A DNA stretch of 64,000 nt from an uncultured Muribaculaceae bacterium (GTDB taxonomy: Bacteria; Bacillota_I; Bacilli_A; RF39; UBA660). Positions 37,379 through 49,001 of this stretch are shown here, piece after piece. Position 1 is the first letter of the stretch. The number at the start of each line of letters is the position of its first letter. The stretch covers positions 1,877 through 65,876 of the forward strand of contig CAZVUP010000005.1 in assembly GCA_964630365.1 (NCBI GenBank), in the 5' to 3' direction. Both the position numbers and the translations under genes were made by a program. The notes under the pieces were generated by a model. The model worked only from the letters and a program-made list of their open reading frames with translations. It had not been told where the DNA came from and did not search any database.

Positions 37379-37608
37379 ATATAAATCACATCCTTTCTTT
37401 GAGCTTATTTTGTTTATGACAAAATATTTAACCCCCTAGGTATTTTGACACAAGTATCAAAATAACCTCGTGGGCTAGGGATTCCCTAGAACCCTTTTGA
37501 AACTTATTTCGTAATGTTTTAAAACTTCGTAATAAAACAAAACTACATAAGTTTATAAAATGCTATCGCCACTTTCATTTACTTCGTAAACAAAACGTGC
37601 CACGCATT

Positions 37609-39540
<1,932 letters not shown>

Positions 39541-39729
39541 TCAAAAAAAGAGAGACAAAAGTAATAGAAATATATACTACTACCTTTATCTCTCTAACTT
39601 TTACTATCAAAATAAATTTTTTTCTTATTCCCATAATGCATAACCCCCATTAATACATTTAAGAATATCTCTTTCAGTTGCTTTATATAATAATATTTTT
39701 GTCTTAAAAAGTCAATAGTTAGCGAAATA

Positions 39730-40023
39730 TCAGGCATTTAGTAGATTTTTAATATAATCTTCAAGTTCCACAAGTTGAATCTTTTTATTTAGACTACCAA
39801 CATAAATATCAGTAGAATAATTAAATGCTAGAAAAGTAGTATCTTTAACAATAATCTTATGTGGTTCTATGTAAGATAGATTAGTCTTATCAATTTTTCT
39901 AATACTACCATTTATAATAGTAGGTTTGATATGACAAAACTCACATATAAATTCTAGTCGTTGTTTAAGATTGCCTTCTATTTCTAGTTCTTGTGTAATA
40001 ATCTTAATCACTACAAACACCAT
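39730..40023 (-). CDS. Hypothetical protein (97 aa)
   Basis: Small ORF upstream of the recombinase gene, inside the element. No recognised motif. Confidence 0.35.
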   Translation of the reverse strand: MVFVVIKIITQELEIEGNLKQRLEFICEFCHIKPTIINGSIRKIDKTNLSYIEPHKIIVKDTTFLAFNYSTDIYVGSLNKKIQLVELEDYIKNLLNA

Positions 40024-40032
40024 CCTTTCTTT

Positions 40033-40110
40033 TAAGGATGACTTTTTAATAGAACTTCCAAGCTGAAACGCGAGAGTTCGACAAACAAAAAATCATCTCA
40101 ATATGAGATG
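40033..40110 (+). pseudogene. Decayed tRNA-Gly-like relic, inverted relative to the intact tRNA-Gly
   Basis: TTTAAT-AGAAC-TTCCAAGCTGA-..ACG.G.G-GTTCGA-...ATCATC matches blocks of the adjacent tRNA (TTTAATGGTAGAAC[CTCAGCC]TTCCAAGCTGACTACGTGGGTTCGATTCCCATCATC), with a 7-nt deletion and 3' decay. Confidence 0.4.
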
Positions 40111-40112
40111 AT
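40083..40112 (-). terminator. Rho-independent terminator downstream of tRNA-Gly
   Basis: ATCATCTCA-ATA-TGAGATGAT hairpin (40092-40112), followed on the minus strand by TTTTTTGTTTG. Confidence 0.65.
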
Positions 40113-40153
40113 ATCTATCGTAAATGTTCGAAAAGTTCGAACAGAAACGTCAC

Positions 40154-40227
40154 TGGAGCGGATGATGGGAATCGAACCCACGTAGTCAGCTTGGAAGGCT
40201 GAGGTTCTACCATTAAACTACATCCGC
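40154..40227 (-). tRNA. tRNA-Gly (anticodon UCC), CCA encoded
   Basis: The reverse complement folds as a cloverleaf: acceptor GCGGATG/CATCCGC, D arm GTTT-AATGGTA-GAAC, anticodon arm TCAGC-CTTCCAA-GCTGA, T arm GTGGG-TTCGATT-CCCAT, and 3' TCCA. Confidence 0.92.
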
Positions 40228-40341
40228 ATAAATTCTTTAATCGCCTTAGTACTTTCCGATTTACCAAGTCGACTAAATCAGTAGACATGTTTAATTATAA
40301 CAAAAAAATGGCTAAAGTCAATAGTTTTTAGCCATTTTTTA

Positions 40342-41526
40342 TTATGAAAGTGTTACTTCCACTTCTTTTTCTTTATATTCTCTTCCTTTTATATAACTAA
40401 TTGTTAGTTTAACTTTATCTCCTTTTTTCTTTTCATATATGATATCAGTTAAATTATCAAAGCTTTCAACTTTGTTTCCTTCAATACCAGTTATAATATT
40501 TCCTATTTCTAAACCAGCTTTATCAGCTCCACTATCTGGAGATATTTTTGAGATATAGAATCCTGTTGGCATATTATATTGTTTACTTTGAGTTTCTGTT
40601 ATCATATAACCTTCCACACCCAGTGTAGCACTACTTGTATCTTCTTCTCCATTCATTAACGCAGTTATTAACTCTTTTACATCTGTGATTGGAATAGCAA
40701 ATCCCATTCCTTCAACACTTGCTGATGTAGATGTTCCAGAAGATGAATATTTAACAGAATTTATTCCTACTACTTCACCTTTACTATTTAATAGGGCTCC
40801 ACCACTATTTCCACCATTGATTGCGGCATCTATTTGAATCATTTTACTTGTTACATTATCAACTGTAATACTTCTATTTACAGCACTTACAACACCTGTT
40901 GTTACTGACTGTCCATAACCAAGAGCATTTCCAATAGCAATAATTCCATTACCTACTTTTAAGGCATTACTATCACCTAAAGTTGCAATTTTTATTGATT
41001 CAATTGTTTCATCATCTAAATCCTTTAATTTTACAGCTATTACTGCCACGTCTTTTCTTTCAGATGTTCCTTTAATAGTTGCATCAACACTTTTTTCATT
41101 TACAAATTGAACTGATAATTCTTCAGCATCTGCAACAACATGATTATTAGTTAAAATTAATAATTCACTATCATTTTTACTGATTATTATACCTGAGCCG
41201 GCACCTTCTGCATATTGATTTTCATTACTGAAAAAAGGGCCAAAATTACCAGATGATACTAATGTCTTGCTTGTAATCGCAACAATTGATGGCATTACTT
41301 CTTCAACTACTTCGGATACATCTGTAATATAAATTCCTTCCTTTATTTTATCATTTGTTTCAGTATAATTTAATTCTGCTTTTTTACTTGGTACTTTTAT
41401 TTTATCAAATTTTAATAATCCAACATTATTAAGAGCAATTAGCATAGAAACTAATATTAACATAATAAATGCAAATACTAATAGTCTCACTAATCCACTT
41501 TTTTTCTTTCTTTCTTCTTTATTCAT
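40342..41526 (-). CDS. HtrA/DegP-family serine protease with PDZ domain
   Basis: N-terminal TM anchor, the trypsin-like catalytic triad context (TNNHVV, RKDVAVI, GNSGGALLN), and a C-terminal PDZ domain. Confidence 0.88.
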   Translation of the reverse strand: MNKEERKKKSGLVRLLVFAFIMLILVSMLIALNNVGLLKFDKIKVPSKKAELNYTETNDKIKEGIYITDVSEVVEEVMPSIVAITSKTLVSSGNFGPFFSNENQYAEGAGSGIIISKNDSELLILTNNHVVADAEELSVQFVNEKSVDATIKGTSERKDVAVIAVKLKDLDDETIESIKIATLGDSNALKVGNGIIAIGNALGYGQSVTTGVVSAVNRSITVDNVTSKMIQIDAAINGGNSGGALLNSKGEVVGINSVKYSSSGTSTSASVEGMGFAIPITDVKELITALMNGEEDTSSATLGVEGYMITETQSKQYNMPTGFYISKISPDSGADKAGLEIGNIITGIEGNKVESFDNLTDIIYEKKKGDKVKLTISYIKGREYKEKEVEVTLS

Positions 41527-41550
41527 TTTATCACCTCATTTATTATATTA

Positions 41551-42498
41551 TTAACCGTGGCGTCCTCCTCCACTACTGTGTCCTCCACCTGAAGATCCAC
41601 TATGCGAAGAGAAACTACCTCCACCACTACTGCCACTGCTTGATGATGTAGTATAGCTTGTAGTATGTGAATTTATAAAAATATCTTTACGTTTAGTAAT
41701 ATTGATTGACTGTTTATTCAAATACTCTTCAGCAAGAGTGGCTTTATAAACCATTTTGTTTCTTTTGATTAAAATTATCATTACAATAAGCGTTATTACT
41801 ATGGCTATACCTATAACTATTGGCCATGGTACCTTGTAAACCTTCGGTGGTGGGTTATATTGTAAATTACCCATATCATCAACGTAATAATATTCCATTT
41901 CTTTAGGAATACCATTTGAAATAAAGACATCTGTCCTATTAATAAAATCTTTAAAACCAGTTAAATAATTACCTGAATGCAGATTATCATATATACCATC
42001 TAAAATACTATCGTATCTATTAGGTGTAAAGTATAGTTGAGCATCACCAAAAGTATACATATCATAATATGGTTTTTCAGAATTAGAATTTCTTAGAAGT
42101 AAAATACCACTATTATTCTTAACATTCATACCAAAATCATTATAGTCGTAAAAATCAGCAGCATATTCTTCATTTTCACTATCAACTAAATATGAAAAAT
42201 TTGTTGTTACAATTACTAAATCCATATTATTTTTTTCTATAAAACTATCAATTTGATTTTTTAGTTCTTTTTCTTCTTCATCTGTTAACAATTCACTAAA
42301 ATCATATATTTTTTCACTAGCATCAACTGCTGGTGTCCGCATAACGTTATCCAAATTCTTTTCATCAATTGTCCAATTCTTTTTAACACCATAATTTTCT
42401 AATTCATTACGATTAAAAGTATTTGTGCTAGCATAACAATTAGTTATACCAAGAATAAATGTTGCAATTATTGTGAAAGTAGTTAATAATTTTTTCAT
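41551..42498 (-). CDS. TPM-domain (YgcG-like) membrane protein with G/S-rich tail
   Basis: Signal peptide, IYDFSELLTDEEEKELKNQI...DLVIVTT (TPM phosphatase-like domain), a TM helix, and a C-terminal SSSGSSGGGS...GGGRHG tail. Confidence 0.7.
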   Translation of the reverse strand: MKKLLTTFTIIATFILGITNCYASTNTFNRNELENYGVKKNWTIDEKNLDNVMRTPAVDASEKIYDFSELLTDEEEKELKNQIDSFIEKNNMDLVIVTTNFSYLVDSENEEYAADFYDYNDFGMNVKNNSGILLLRNSNSEKPYYDMYTFGDAQLYFTPNRYDSILDGIYDNLHSGNYLTGFKDFINRTDVFISNGIPKEMEYYYVDDMGNLQYNPPPKVYKVPWPIVIGIAIVITLIVMIILIKRNKMVYKATLAEEYLNKQSINITKRKDIFINSHTTSYTTSSSSGSSGGGSFSSHSGSSGGGHSSGGGRHG

Positions 42499-43622
42499 TA
42501 ATTACCACCTCCAATAAATACAAGATAACTTATTCCTATGCAAATAGCTAATGAAATAATGAATACAAGTATTGTATATAAAAAGGTCTTTCCTTTATCA
42601 AGAGGAATATTACCAATAAATTCTCCTGTTTGACCATTCATAGCAAATATGTGCATCTTATCATTATATTTTACATTAACCATCCAAACTGGCAACATAG
42701 CATAGGCTTTGTTTTTTTCTTTAACTGATAAGTTATCAGATGTTATTACTTTAGCTCCATACATTCTAGCATCATCCATTAAAACATTCTTTGCTGTATT
42801 ATGTGCTCTGTTTGTTGCTTCATCAAGTGTTTTTTCACTAGCTTCATCATATTTTTCAGCATAAAACCCTGACAAATATGCATGATTATATGGAACCATT
42901 TCTGAATAATCAAATGGTTCAATTGTATTCATAATGGCATTATCAAATCTAGTTGAAGCATCTACTGGGACATTTGCAAAATCCATTGTTCCACCTCTGG
43001 TAACTAGGAAGGTATCTGTTTTAGTATAATGTGTATCTCCACTAGTCCAAGTTTCAACTATTTCTCCATTCATAGTTACATCTCCAGAGACATTAAGATC
43101 ATACAACCAAAAAGGAATATAAACACCTCTTATTTTTTCAATGTTTTTAACATTATTAAAATTCTTTGGCATTAATGGTCTTCCTTTTGATAAGCCTTTA
43201 AATGCCGCTATAGCAGCTTCTTTTTCCTTTTTAAAAGGAATTATTTTATCTGGAGAAAATTCACCTGATAATTTACTTTTTAGGATTGCTGTATTGCCAC
43301 AGTAAACACAGAATGTAGCTGCTGTTTGTTCATCAGCTATTATTTCTGCACCACAACTTTCACAACGATAATTAACATAACCATCAAAAGTATCTTTTTT
43401 AGTTGTTTCCTTTTTATTATCCTCTTTTGTCGATGCATTATCAGAATGTTTTTGCATTTCTTCAAGTGTAAATTCACTTCCACAATAGGAACATTTCCAC
43501 TTACCTGCTGTTGGATTAAAAGAAATTGAAGCACGACATGCTGGACATCTATTTTCTAAAGCTTGTTCTTCTTTTACTTCTTTTGGTTGTTCCATATCCT
43601 TAACTTGCTCTTTCTTTTCCAT
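42498..43622 (-). CDS. Double zinc-ribbon protein with C-terminal membrane anchor
   Basis: CPACRASISF...CSYCGSEF and CESCGAEII...CVYCGN, with a C-terminal TM helix. Start set at ATG 43622 (AGGTGA RBS). 1-nt overlap with the TPM gene. Confidence 0.6.
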   Translation of the reverse strand: MEKKEQVKDMEQPKEVKEEQALENRCPACRASISFNPTAGKWKCSYCGSEFTLEEMQKHSDNASTKEDNKKETTKKDTFDGYVNYRCESCGAEIIADEQTAATFCVYCGNTAILKSKLSGEFSPDKIIPFKKEKEAAIAAFKGLSKGRPLMPKNFNNVKNIEKIRGVYIPFWLYDLNVSGDVTMNGEIVETWTSGDTHYTKTDTFLVTRGGTMDFANVPVDASTRFDNAIMNTIEPFDYSEMVPYNHAYLSGFYAEKYDEASEKTLDEATNRAHNTAKNVLMDDARMYGAKVITSDNLSVKEKNKAYAMLPVWMVNVKYNDKMHIFAMNGQTGEFIGNIPLDKGKTFLYTILVFIISLAICIGISYLVFIGGGN

Positions 43623-43664
43623 ATATTCACCTACTATAGTTCTATTATATAACAAAAGAGAAGA

Positions 43665-44261
43665 TTATTCCACTTTTAAATTACCTTCTCTTAATATATT
43701 TACTTTATTATTTTCTACTCTAACAATTGTGGAAGCAACGCCAATTGGTGATTTTCCACCATCAACTATAATATCAACTTTATCTTGAAATTCTTCTATG
43801 AAGTCATCAACTTCTATTCCTGGTGATTCACCAGATAGATTTACAGAAGTTGTTGCTAAAGGATATGGGTATTTTTTTAGTATTTCTAGAGCAATAGGAT
43901 GATTAGGAATACGAACACCTATTGTTTTTAAATTTGCTGTTAATAAATCTGGTACATTTTCTTTTTTATTTAAAATTATTGTTAAATCTCCAGGTAAATA
44001 CTTATTAATTAATTCTTGTTCTTTTGAATTTATATTTTCTGCTACTAGCTCTATCTTTTCAATACCATCTGTTAAAACATTTATTGGTTTAGATAATGGT
44101 CTATTCTTAAATGAAAACAATTTTTTTAGGGCTTTTTCAGAATAACAATTACAACCTATTCCATAAACTGTATCAGTTGGAAAAATTATAATTCCATCAT
44201 TATTTAAAACATCTACTATTACGTTTAAATTATTTTCCGTCAATTCATTTATTAGTTTCAT
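43665..44261 (-). CDS. tsaC: L-threonylcarbamoyladenylate synthase (TsaC/YwlC/Sua5 family, short form)
   Basis: IIFPTDTVYGIGCN, SKPINVL, and TSVNLSGE motifs of the YrdC domain; 198 aa. Confidence 0.8.
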   Translation of the reverse strand: MKLINELTENNLNVIVDVLNNDGIIIFPTDTVYGIGCNCYSEKALKKLFSFKNRPLSKPINVLTDGIEKIELVAENINSKEQELINKYLPGDLTIILNKKENVPDLLTANLKTIGVRIPNHPIALEILKKYPYPLATTSVNLSGESPGIEVDDFIEEFQDKVDIIVDGGKSPIGVASTIVRVENNKVNILREGNLKVE

Positions 44262-44268
44262 AATACCT

Positions 44269-45774
44269 CTATTTAATTAATGAATCACCATTTATTTCAA
44301 CAGGTATTGGTAGATTCATTAAATTAAGAACTGTTGGTGCTATGTCAGCTAGCTTTCCATGTTCTTTTAATTCAATACCATTTTTAGTAACCATAAATGG
44401 TACTGGATTAGTTGTATGTGTTGTACAAATTGTTCCATCATCATTTACCATAACATCACAATTACCATGATCAGCAGTTATTATTAATGTTCCATCTAAT
44501 TCTTTTATTTTTTTATAGACTCTTTCTAGGCATTTATCCATAAATTCTACTGCTTTAACAGCTGCTTCATAGACTCCAGTATGTCCTACCATATCTCCAT
44601 TAGCATAATTTAAAACTACGAAATCTAAATAATCTTTGTCTAATTCTTCTAATAATTTATCTGTTACTTCTTCGGCGCTCATTTCTGGTTTTAAATCATA
44701 AGTTGCTACTTTAGGTGATGGAATTAAGATTTGCTTTTTATTAGGTAAATCTATATCTTTATCACCATCAAAGAAATGCGTAACATGGGCATATTTTTCT
44801 GTTTCAGCTATTCTTAATTGTGATAGCCCTAGATTAGATAAATATTCACCTAGACCATTTAATATTTCTTGATGTTCAAAAGCAGTAAGGCCTTTTACCG
44901 TATCACAAATTGGCATCATAGATACAAACTTAATATTATTAAATGTTGTTGTCTCCATTGGGGAAGCTTCTGGATTAGTAATAGCTGTAAACATTTCGCG
45001 TAGACGATCCGGGCGATAATTCCAAACTATTATCCCATCATTATCAGCTAATTTTCCTTCATTTAAAACGCTTGGCAATATAAATTCATCTGTAATATCT
45101 CTATTATATTGATCGTCAAAAACTTCTTTTACAGAATCATATTTTTCTCCTATTCCATAGCAAATTGCATCATAGGCAAGTTTTAATCTATCATAATTAT
45201 TATCTCTATCCATTGCGTAATATCTACCTGAGATAGTTGTTATTTTACCAAGATTAGTTTCTTCCATTTTATCTTCTAATTTTTTTATCCATTCTTGAGC
45301 AGTATGGATACCAGTATCTCTTCCATCAGTAAATAGATGAAAATATATTTCTTTAATACCATTTTGTTTACACATATCAACAATTGCTAGTAAATGTGAA
45401 GTGTGCGAATGAATTCCTCCATCACTAATTAAACCCATCAAATGAAGTTTAGAATTATTTTCTTTTACATGATTCATTACTTTTAATATATTTTCATTTT
45501 GAAAAAACTCTTTTGTCTCAATGGCATGATTAATCATTTCAAGAGACTGATAAACTATTCTTCCAGCTCCAATATTCATATGTCCTACTTCACTAGTGCC
45601 CATCTGTCCTTTAGGTAGACCTACTTCTTGACCTGATGCTTCTAAAATTGTGTATGGAAAATTTTCTTTTATATAATCTAATGTTGGAGTATTAGCATTA
45701 TCAAAAGCATTATATTTACTTTTAGGTGCTATACCACATCCATCTAAAATACATAATATTAATGGTTTTTTCAT
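44269..45774 (-). CDS. gpmI: 2,3-bisphosphoglycerate-independent phosphoglycerate mutase
   Basis: LCILDGCGI, TSEVGHMNIGAGR, ADHGN, and the overall 501-aa iPGM architecture. Confidence 0.93.
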   Translation of the reverse strand: MKKPLILCILDGCGIAPKSKYNAFDNANTPTLDYIKENFPYTILEASGQEVGLPKGQMGTSEVGHMNIGAGRIVYQSLEMINHAIETKEFFQNENILKVMNHVKENNSKLHLMGLISDGGIHSHTSHLLAIVDMCKQNGIKEIYFHLFTDGRDTGIHTAQEWIKKLEDKMEETNLGKITTISGRYYAMDRDNNYDRLKLAYDAICYGIGEKYDSVKEVFDDQYNRDITDEFILPSVLNEGKLADNDGIIVWNYRPDRLREMFTAITNPEASPMETTTFNNIKFVSMMPICDTVKGLTAFEHQEILNGLGEYLSNLGLSQLRIAETEKYAHVTHFFDGDKDIDLPNKKQILIPSPKVATYDLKPEMSAEEVTDKLLEELDKDYLDFVVLNYANGDMVGHTGVYEAAVKAVEFMDKCLERVYKKIKELDGTLIITADHGNCDVMVNDDGTICTTHTTNPVPFMVTKNGIELKEHGKLADIAPTVLNLMNLPIPVEINGDSLIK

Positions 45775-45851
45775 ATTATCTCTCCTAACTATATATATTA
45801 TATAATATTTTTTGTATTTTTAATAAAAAAAGAATATCTTTTGGATATTCT

Positions 45852-46547
45852 TTAACAACTATTTTTCTGACAAGTTGTACTTTCTTCTTCTAGACAAGTT
45901 ATTAAACATTTAAATTTGTTATAAGCGTATTTTTCTATTTTAGTAGTTAATTCCATATATGGATCAGTTAATTCATCACTAATACCTGTTTCTAATTGAA
46001 TAGCTTTACCTCTTGAGACTGCTACTACATTGGGTGCATAGATTCTTTTTTCGCCTGTCTCTATTTCTTCTTCATTTTCATTAGTTAGTGTATATTCATC
46101 TAATACATCAGCCATTTTTTCAATTAGTTCCATATAACTACTATCACCTTCTGTCGTAGTTACTACCTCACCATTTTCATTTATTTCTTTTACATCTCTA
46201 ATATCTTTAACATCTACATAATAAATAGTTTCTACATTATTGTCTTTAGCAGCTTTTATTAATTGTTCAAGTACGCTTCGACACCATGGACATTCTTTAA
46301 AACCAAAGTAGACAATAAATGTTTCTTTATTATCAATTTTTTCTGATATTTCTTTAGCACTACTATAGATAAATGGATTATCATTAGTGATATTTAGACT
46401 TCTATATTCTTTACCACTTCCATTTTTCTCTCCATTAATACTTTCATATTCAGTTTTAAATTTATAAGCATCACTATTTTTATCCACACATCCTGTTAAT
46501 AAAAAGATACTTAATAATATTAGAGCTGTTGTTAATAATTTTTTCAT
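45852..46547 (-). CDS. Thioredoxin-fold lipoprotein
   Basis: Lipobox LLTGC after the signal peptide, and a CxxC active-site-like KECPWCRS in a thioredoxin-like context. Confidence 0.65.
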   Translation of the reverse strand: MKKLLTTALILLSIFLLTGCVDKNSDAYKFKTEYESINGEKNGSGKEYRSLNITNDNPFIYSSAKEISEKIDNKETFIVYFGFKECPWCRSVLEQLIKAAKDNNVETIYYVDVKDIRDVKEINENGEVVTTTEGDSSYMELIEKMADVLDEYTLTNENEEEIETGEKRIYAPNVVAVSRGKAIQLETGISDELTDPYMELTTKIEKYAYNKFKCLITCLEEESTTCQKNSC

Positions 46548-46637
46548 ATTTTCACCTACCTCTATTATTATAACTGATTACTTTATTTTTTTCCACAAAA
46601 AAGCAATCTATCTATTAATAGATAGATTGCTCTATTA

Positions 46638-47201
46638 TTATTTTGTTAATTGAGCAGGACTATCAGATATCATTCCAGAAACTACTGTACATTCATTATT
46701 AATTGTTAGGGCTCTATATAATGATAATTCTCCATTACCATCAGGACCCGTAGTATGTGGTAATGTATATAATAATAATGCATTGTCTATTATAATGTAT
46801 TTTCCACTTTCTTTATTATATTGAGTAGATTCTTCAAATGTTCCATCTTGATTAAGTTGTAGTTTCATTTCTCCATATGCTTTTTCATTAGTTCTTACAT
46901 CACTAAGTACAGGTACTTGTCCTTTAAATATACCTTCACATACTCTAGTCTTTGCACAATTATTGTTATTGTTTTCTGAGACAGGAACTTCATCCTTTAC
47001 CTCTTCAACTGCCTTATTAACTTCTTTAATACACTCTGATTTTTTATTATTAACTACAGTAATAATCTTACTTGAGCCTACTAGATAGCCTCCAGCTGCG
47101 GCTAAAACTAGTAACACAACTATTAGTGCTGTAACTAAAACTCTTAATCCTTCTTTTTTTTGTTTTGACATACTTTTTTCATTTTTATTTTTTTCTTCCA
47201 T
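46638..47201 (-). CDS. Hypothetical membrane-anchored protein
   Basis: One TM helix (VLVTALIVVLLVLAAAGGYLVG) plus a soluble domain. Followed by the strong terminator hairpin AGCAATCTATCTAT/ATAGATAGATTGCT (46591-46622). Confidence 0.5.
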   Translation of the reverse strand: MEEKNKNEKSMSKQKKEGLRVLVTALIVVLLVLAAAGGYLVGSSKIITVVNNKKSECIKEVNKAVEEVKDEVPVSENNNNNCAKTRVCEGIFKGQVPVLSDVRTNEKAYGEMKLQLNQDGTFEESTQYNKESGKYIIIDNALLLYTLPHTTGPDGNGELSLYRALTINNECTVVSGMISDSPAQLTK

Positions 47202-47298
47202 TTTATCCTCCTACTTTATTTATTTTTATTTTAGCACATAAAAAAAAGAATTTTTAGTTTGCTATAAAAATTCTTTTTTCTTTACAGTTATTTACATT

Positions 47299-48426
47299 TT
47301 ATAAATACCATAATTTTTTATTGTCTTTTCTTACTTCTTTGATGATTCCTCCACCTAAGCATTCTTCACCATTGTAGAAAACACAAGCTTGTCCTGGAGT
47401 AACAGCTTTTACGCCTTCAGGATATTTTACCAAAACTTCTCCATTTTCTTGCCATTCTAATTCTACAGGAATATCTTTTTGACGATATCTAAATTTAGCT
47501 GTACAGTTTGTTATTTTTTCTTCTTCTAAATAATTAATATTATCAACTATGCAAGATGTACTAATTAAGTAATCATTATCTTCACCTAGACATATATAGA
47601 GAACATTCTTTTTTAAATCTTTTCCAACAACAAACATTTTATCTTTTGTTCCACCAATGTTAAGTCCTTTTCTTTGACCAATTGTATAATTCATTAGTCC
47701 AATATGTTTTCCAATTACTTCATTTGTATCAATATTTACTACATCACCTGGTTGATTAGGTAAATAATTTTTCAAAAAATTTTTAAAGTTTCTTTCTCCA
47801 ATAAAACAAATACCAGTAGAATCCTTTTTCTTTGCCGTAATTAAATCATATTCTTCAGCAATCTTTCTAACATCTGGTTTTATCATATCACCTATTGGGA
47901 ATAATACATTCTTCAATTGTTCTTTTGAAACTTGAGATAAAAAGTAAGTTTGGTCTTTATTATCATCAACTGCCCTTAATAGTTTGCCATCTTTAATTCG
48001 TGCATAATGGCCTGTAGCAATATAATCAGCCCCTAGTTTTTTTGCTTCTTTCGCAAACATATCAAACTTTATATATTTATTACACATAATGTCAGGATTA
48101 GGTGTACGTCCTAGTTTTAATTCATCAAGAAAGTAAGTAAAAACGTAATCCCAATATTCTTTAACAAAATCTTTTCTATATAGTGGTATCCCTAATTTTT
48201 CACATACAGCTTTAGCATCATTATAATCCTCTTCTTGTGGACAAATTCCAGATTCAGTAGTTGGTCCATTAAACTCTCCATCTGCAAGAGAGTCCCAGTT
48301 TCGCATGAATAATCCAATTACTTCGTATCCTTGTTTTTGAAGTTCAATAGCTGCGACACTACTATCTACTCCACCACTCATTCCTATTACTACTTTTTTC
48401 AAGTTACCACTTCCTTTGACTGTCAT
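47299..48426 (-). CDS. mnmA: tRNA 2-thiouridine(34) synthase
   Basis: PP-loop [15 protein letters not shown], the [10 protein letters not shown] catalytic Cys region, and a C-terminal beta barrel. Exact start is uncertain. Confidence 0.92.
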   Translation of the reverse strand: MTVKGSGNLKKVVIGMSGGVDSSVAAIELQKQGYEVIGLFMRNWDSLADGEFNGPTTESGICPQEEDYNDAKAVCEKLGIPLYRKDFVKEYWDYVFTYFLDELKLGRTPNPDIMCNKYIKFDMFAKEAKKLGADYIATGHYARIKDGKLLRAVDDNKDQTYFLSQVSKEQLKNVLFPIGDMIKPDVRKIAEEYDLITAKKKDSTGICFIGERNFKNFLKNYLPNQPGDVVNIDTNEVIGKHIGLMNYTIGQRKGLNIGGTKDKMFVVGKDLKKNVLYICLGEDNDYLISTSCIVDNINYLEEEKITNCTAKFRYRQKDIPVELEWQENGEVLVKYPEGVKAVTPGQACVFYNGEECLGGGIIKEVRKDNKKLWYL

Positions 48427-48550
48427 ATTATAACATTTGTCACTAAATTATTCAATTATATCTTTTATATTTATTATAACATTATTCTTTTTGTTTGCTA
48501 AGTAGTATAATATTCATATTTTTGATAATACTAAAAATGGAGGAAATAAT

Positions 48551-48979
48551 ATGGATAATAATATTAATACTTTAGATGAATTAAATAAAGGTTGTTGTAT
48601 GGGAGTTGATGCTTTAGATATCATTTTAGAAAAGGTAGAAAATAAAGATTTTCAATGTCTTTTAGAAGAACAGAAAGCAGCTTATGAAGAAATGGAGATG
48701 AAAATTAGTGATTTGTATAGTGAGTATACTACTGATGAAATTCATGAAACTAGTAAAATGATTAAGGCTATGACATGGTATGGTATTCAAAAAGATACAA
48801 TTCTAGATAATAGTGTTTCAAAACTAGCTGATCTACTTATCAATGGTACTAATATGGGAATTATTGAAGGAAGAAAATTACTTAATAATAAAACTATGGA
48901 TAAAAAAGTTCACAAGATTTGTTCAGAATACGTTACTATGCAAGAGAAGTATATTGAAAAGCTAAAAGAATTTTTATAA
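48551..48979 (+). CDS. Hypothetical helical protein (142 aa)
   Basis: GGAGG RBS and predicted all-helical composition. Followed by bidirectional terminator AAAACAGTTC/GAACTGTTTT (48981-49006). Confidence 0.45.
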   Translation: MDNNINTLDELNKGCCMGVDALDIILEKVENKDFQCLLEEQKAAYEEMEMKISDLYSEYTTDEIHETSKMIKAMTWYGIQKDTILDNSVSKLADLLINGTNMGIIEGRKLLNNKTMDKKVHKICSEYVTMQEKYIEKLKEFL

Positions 48980-49001
48980 AAAACAGTTCATTGGAACTGT
49001 T

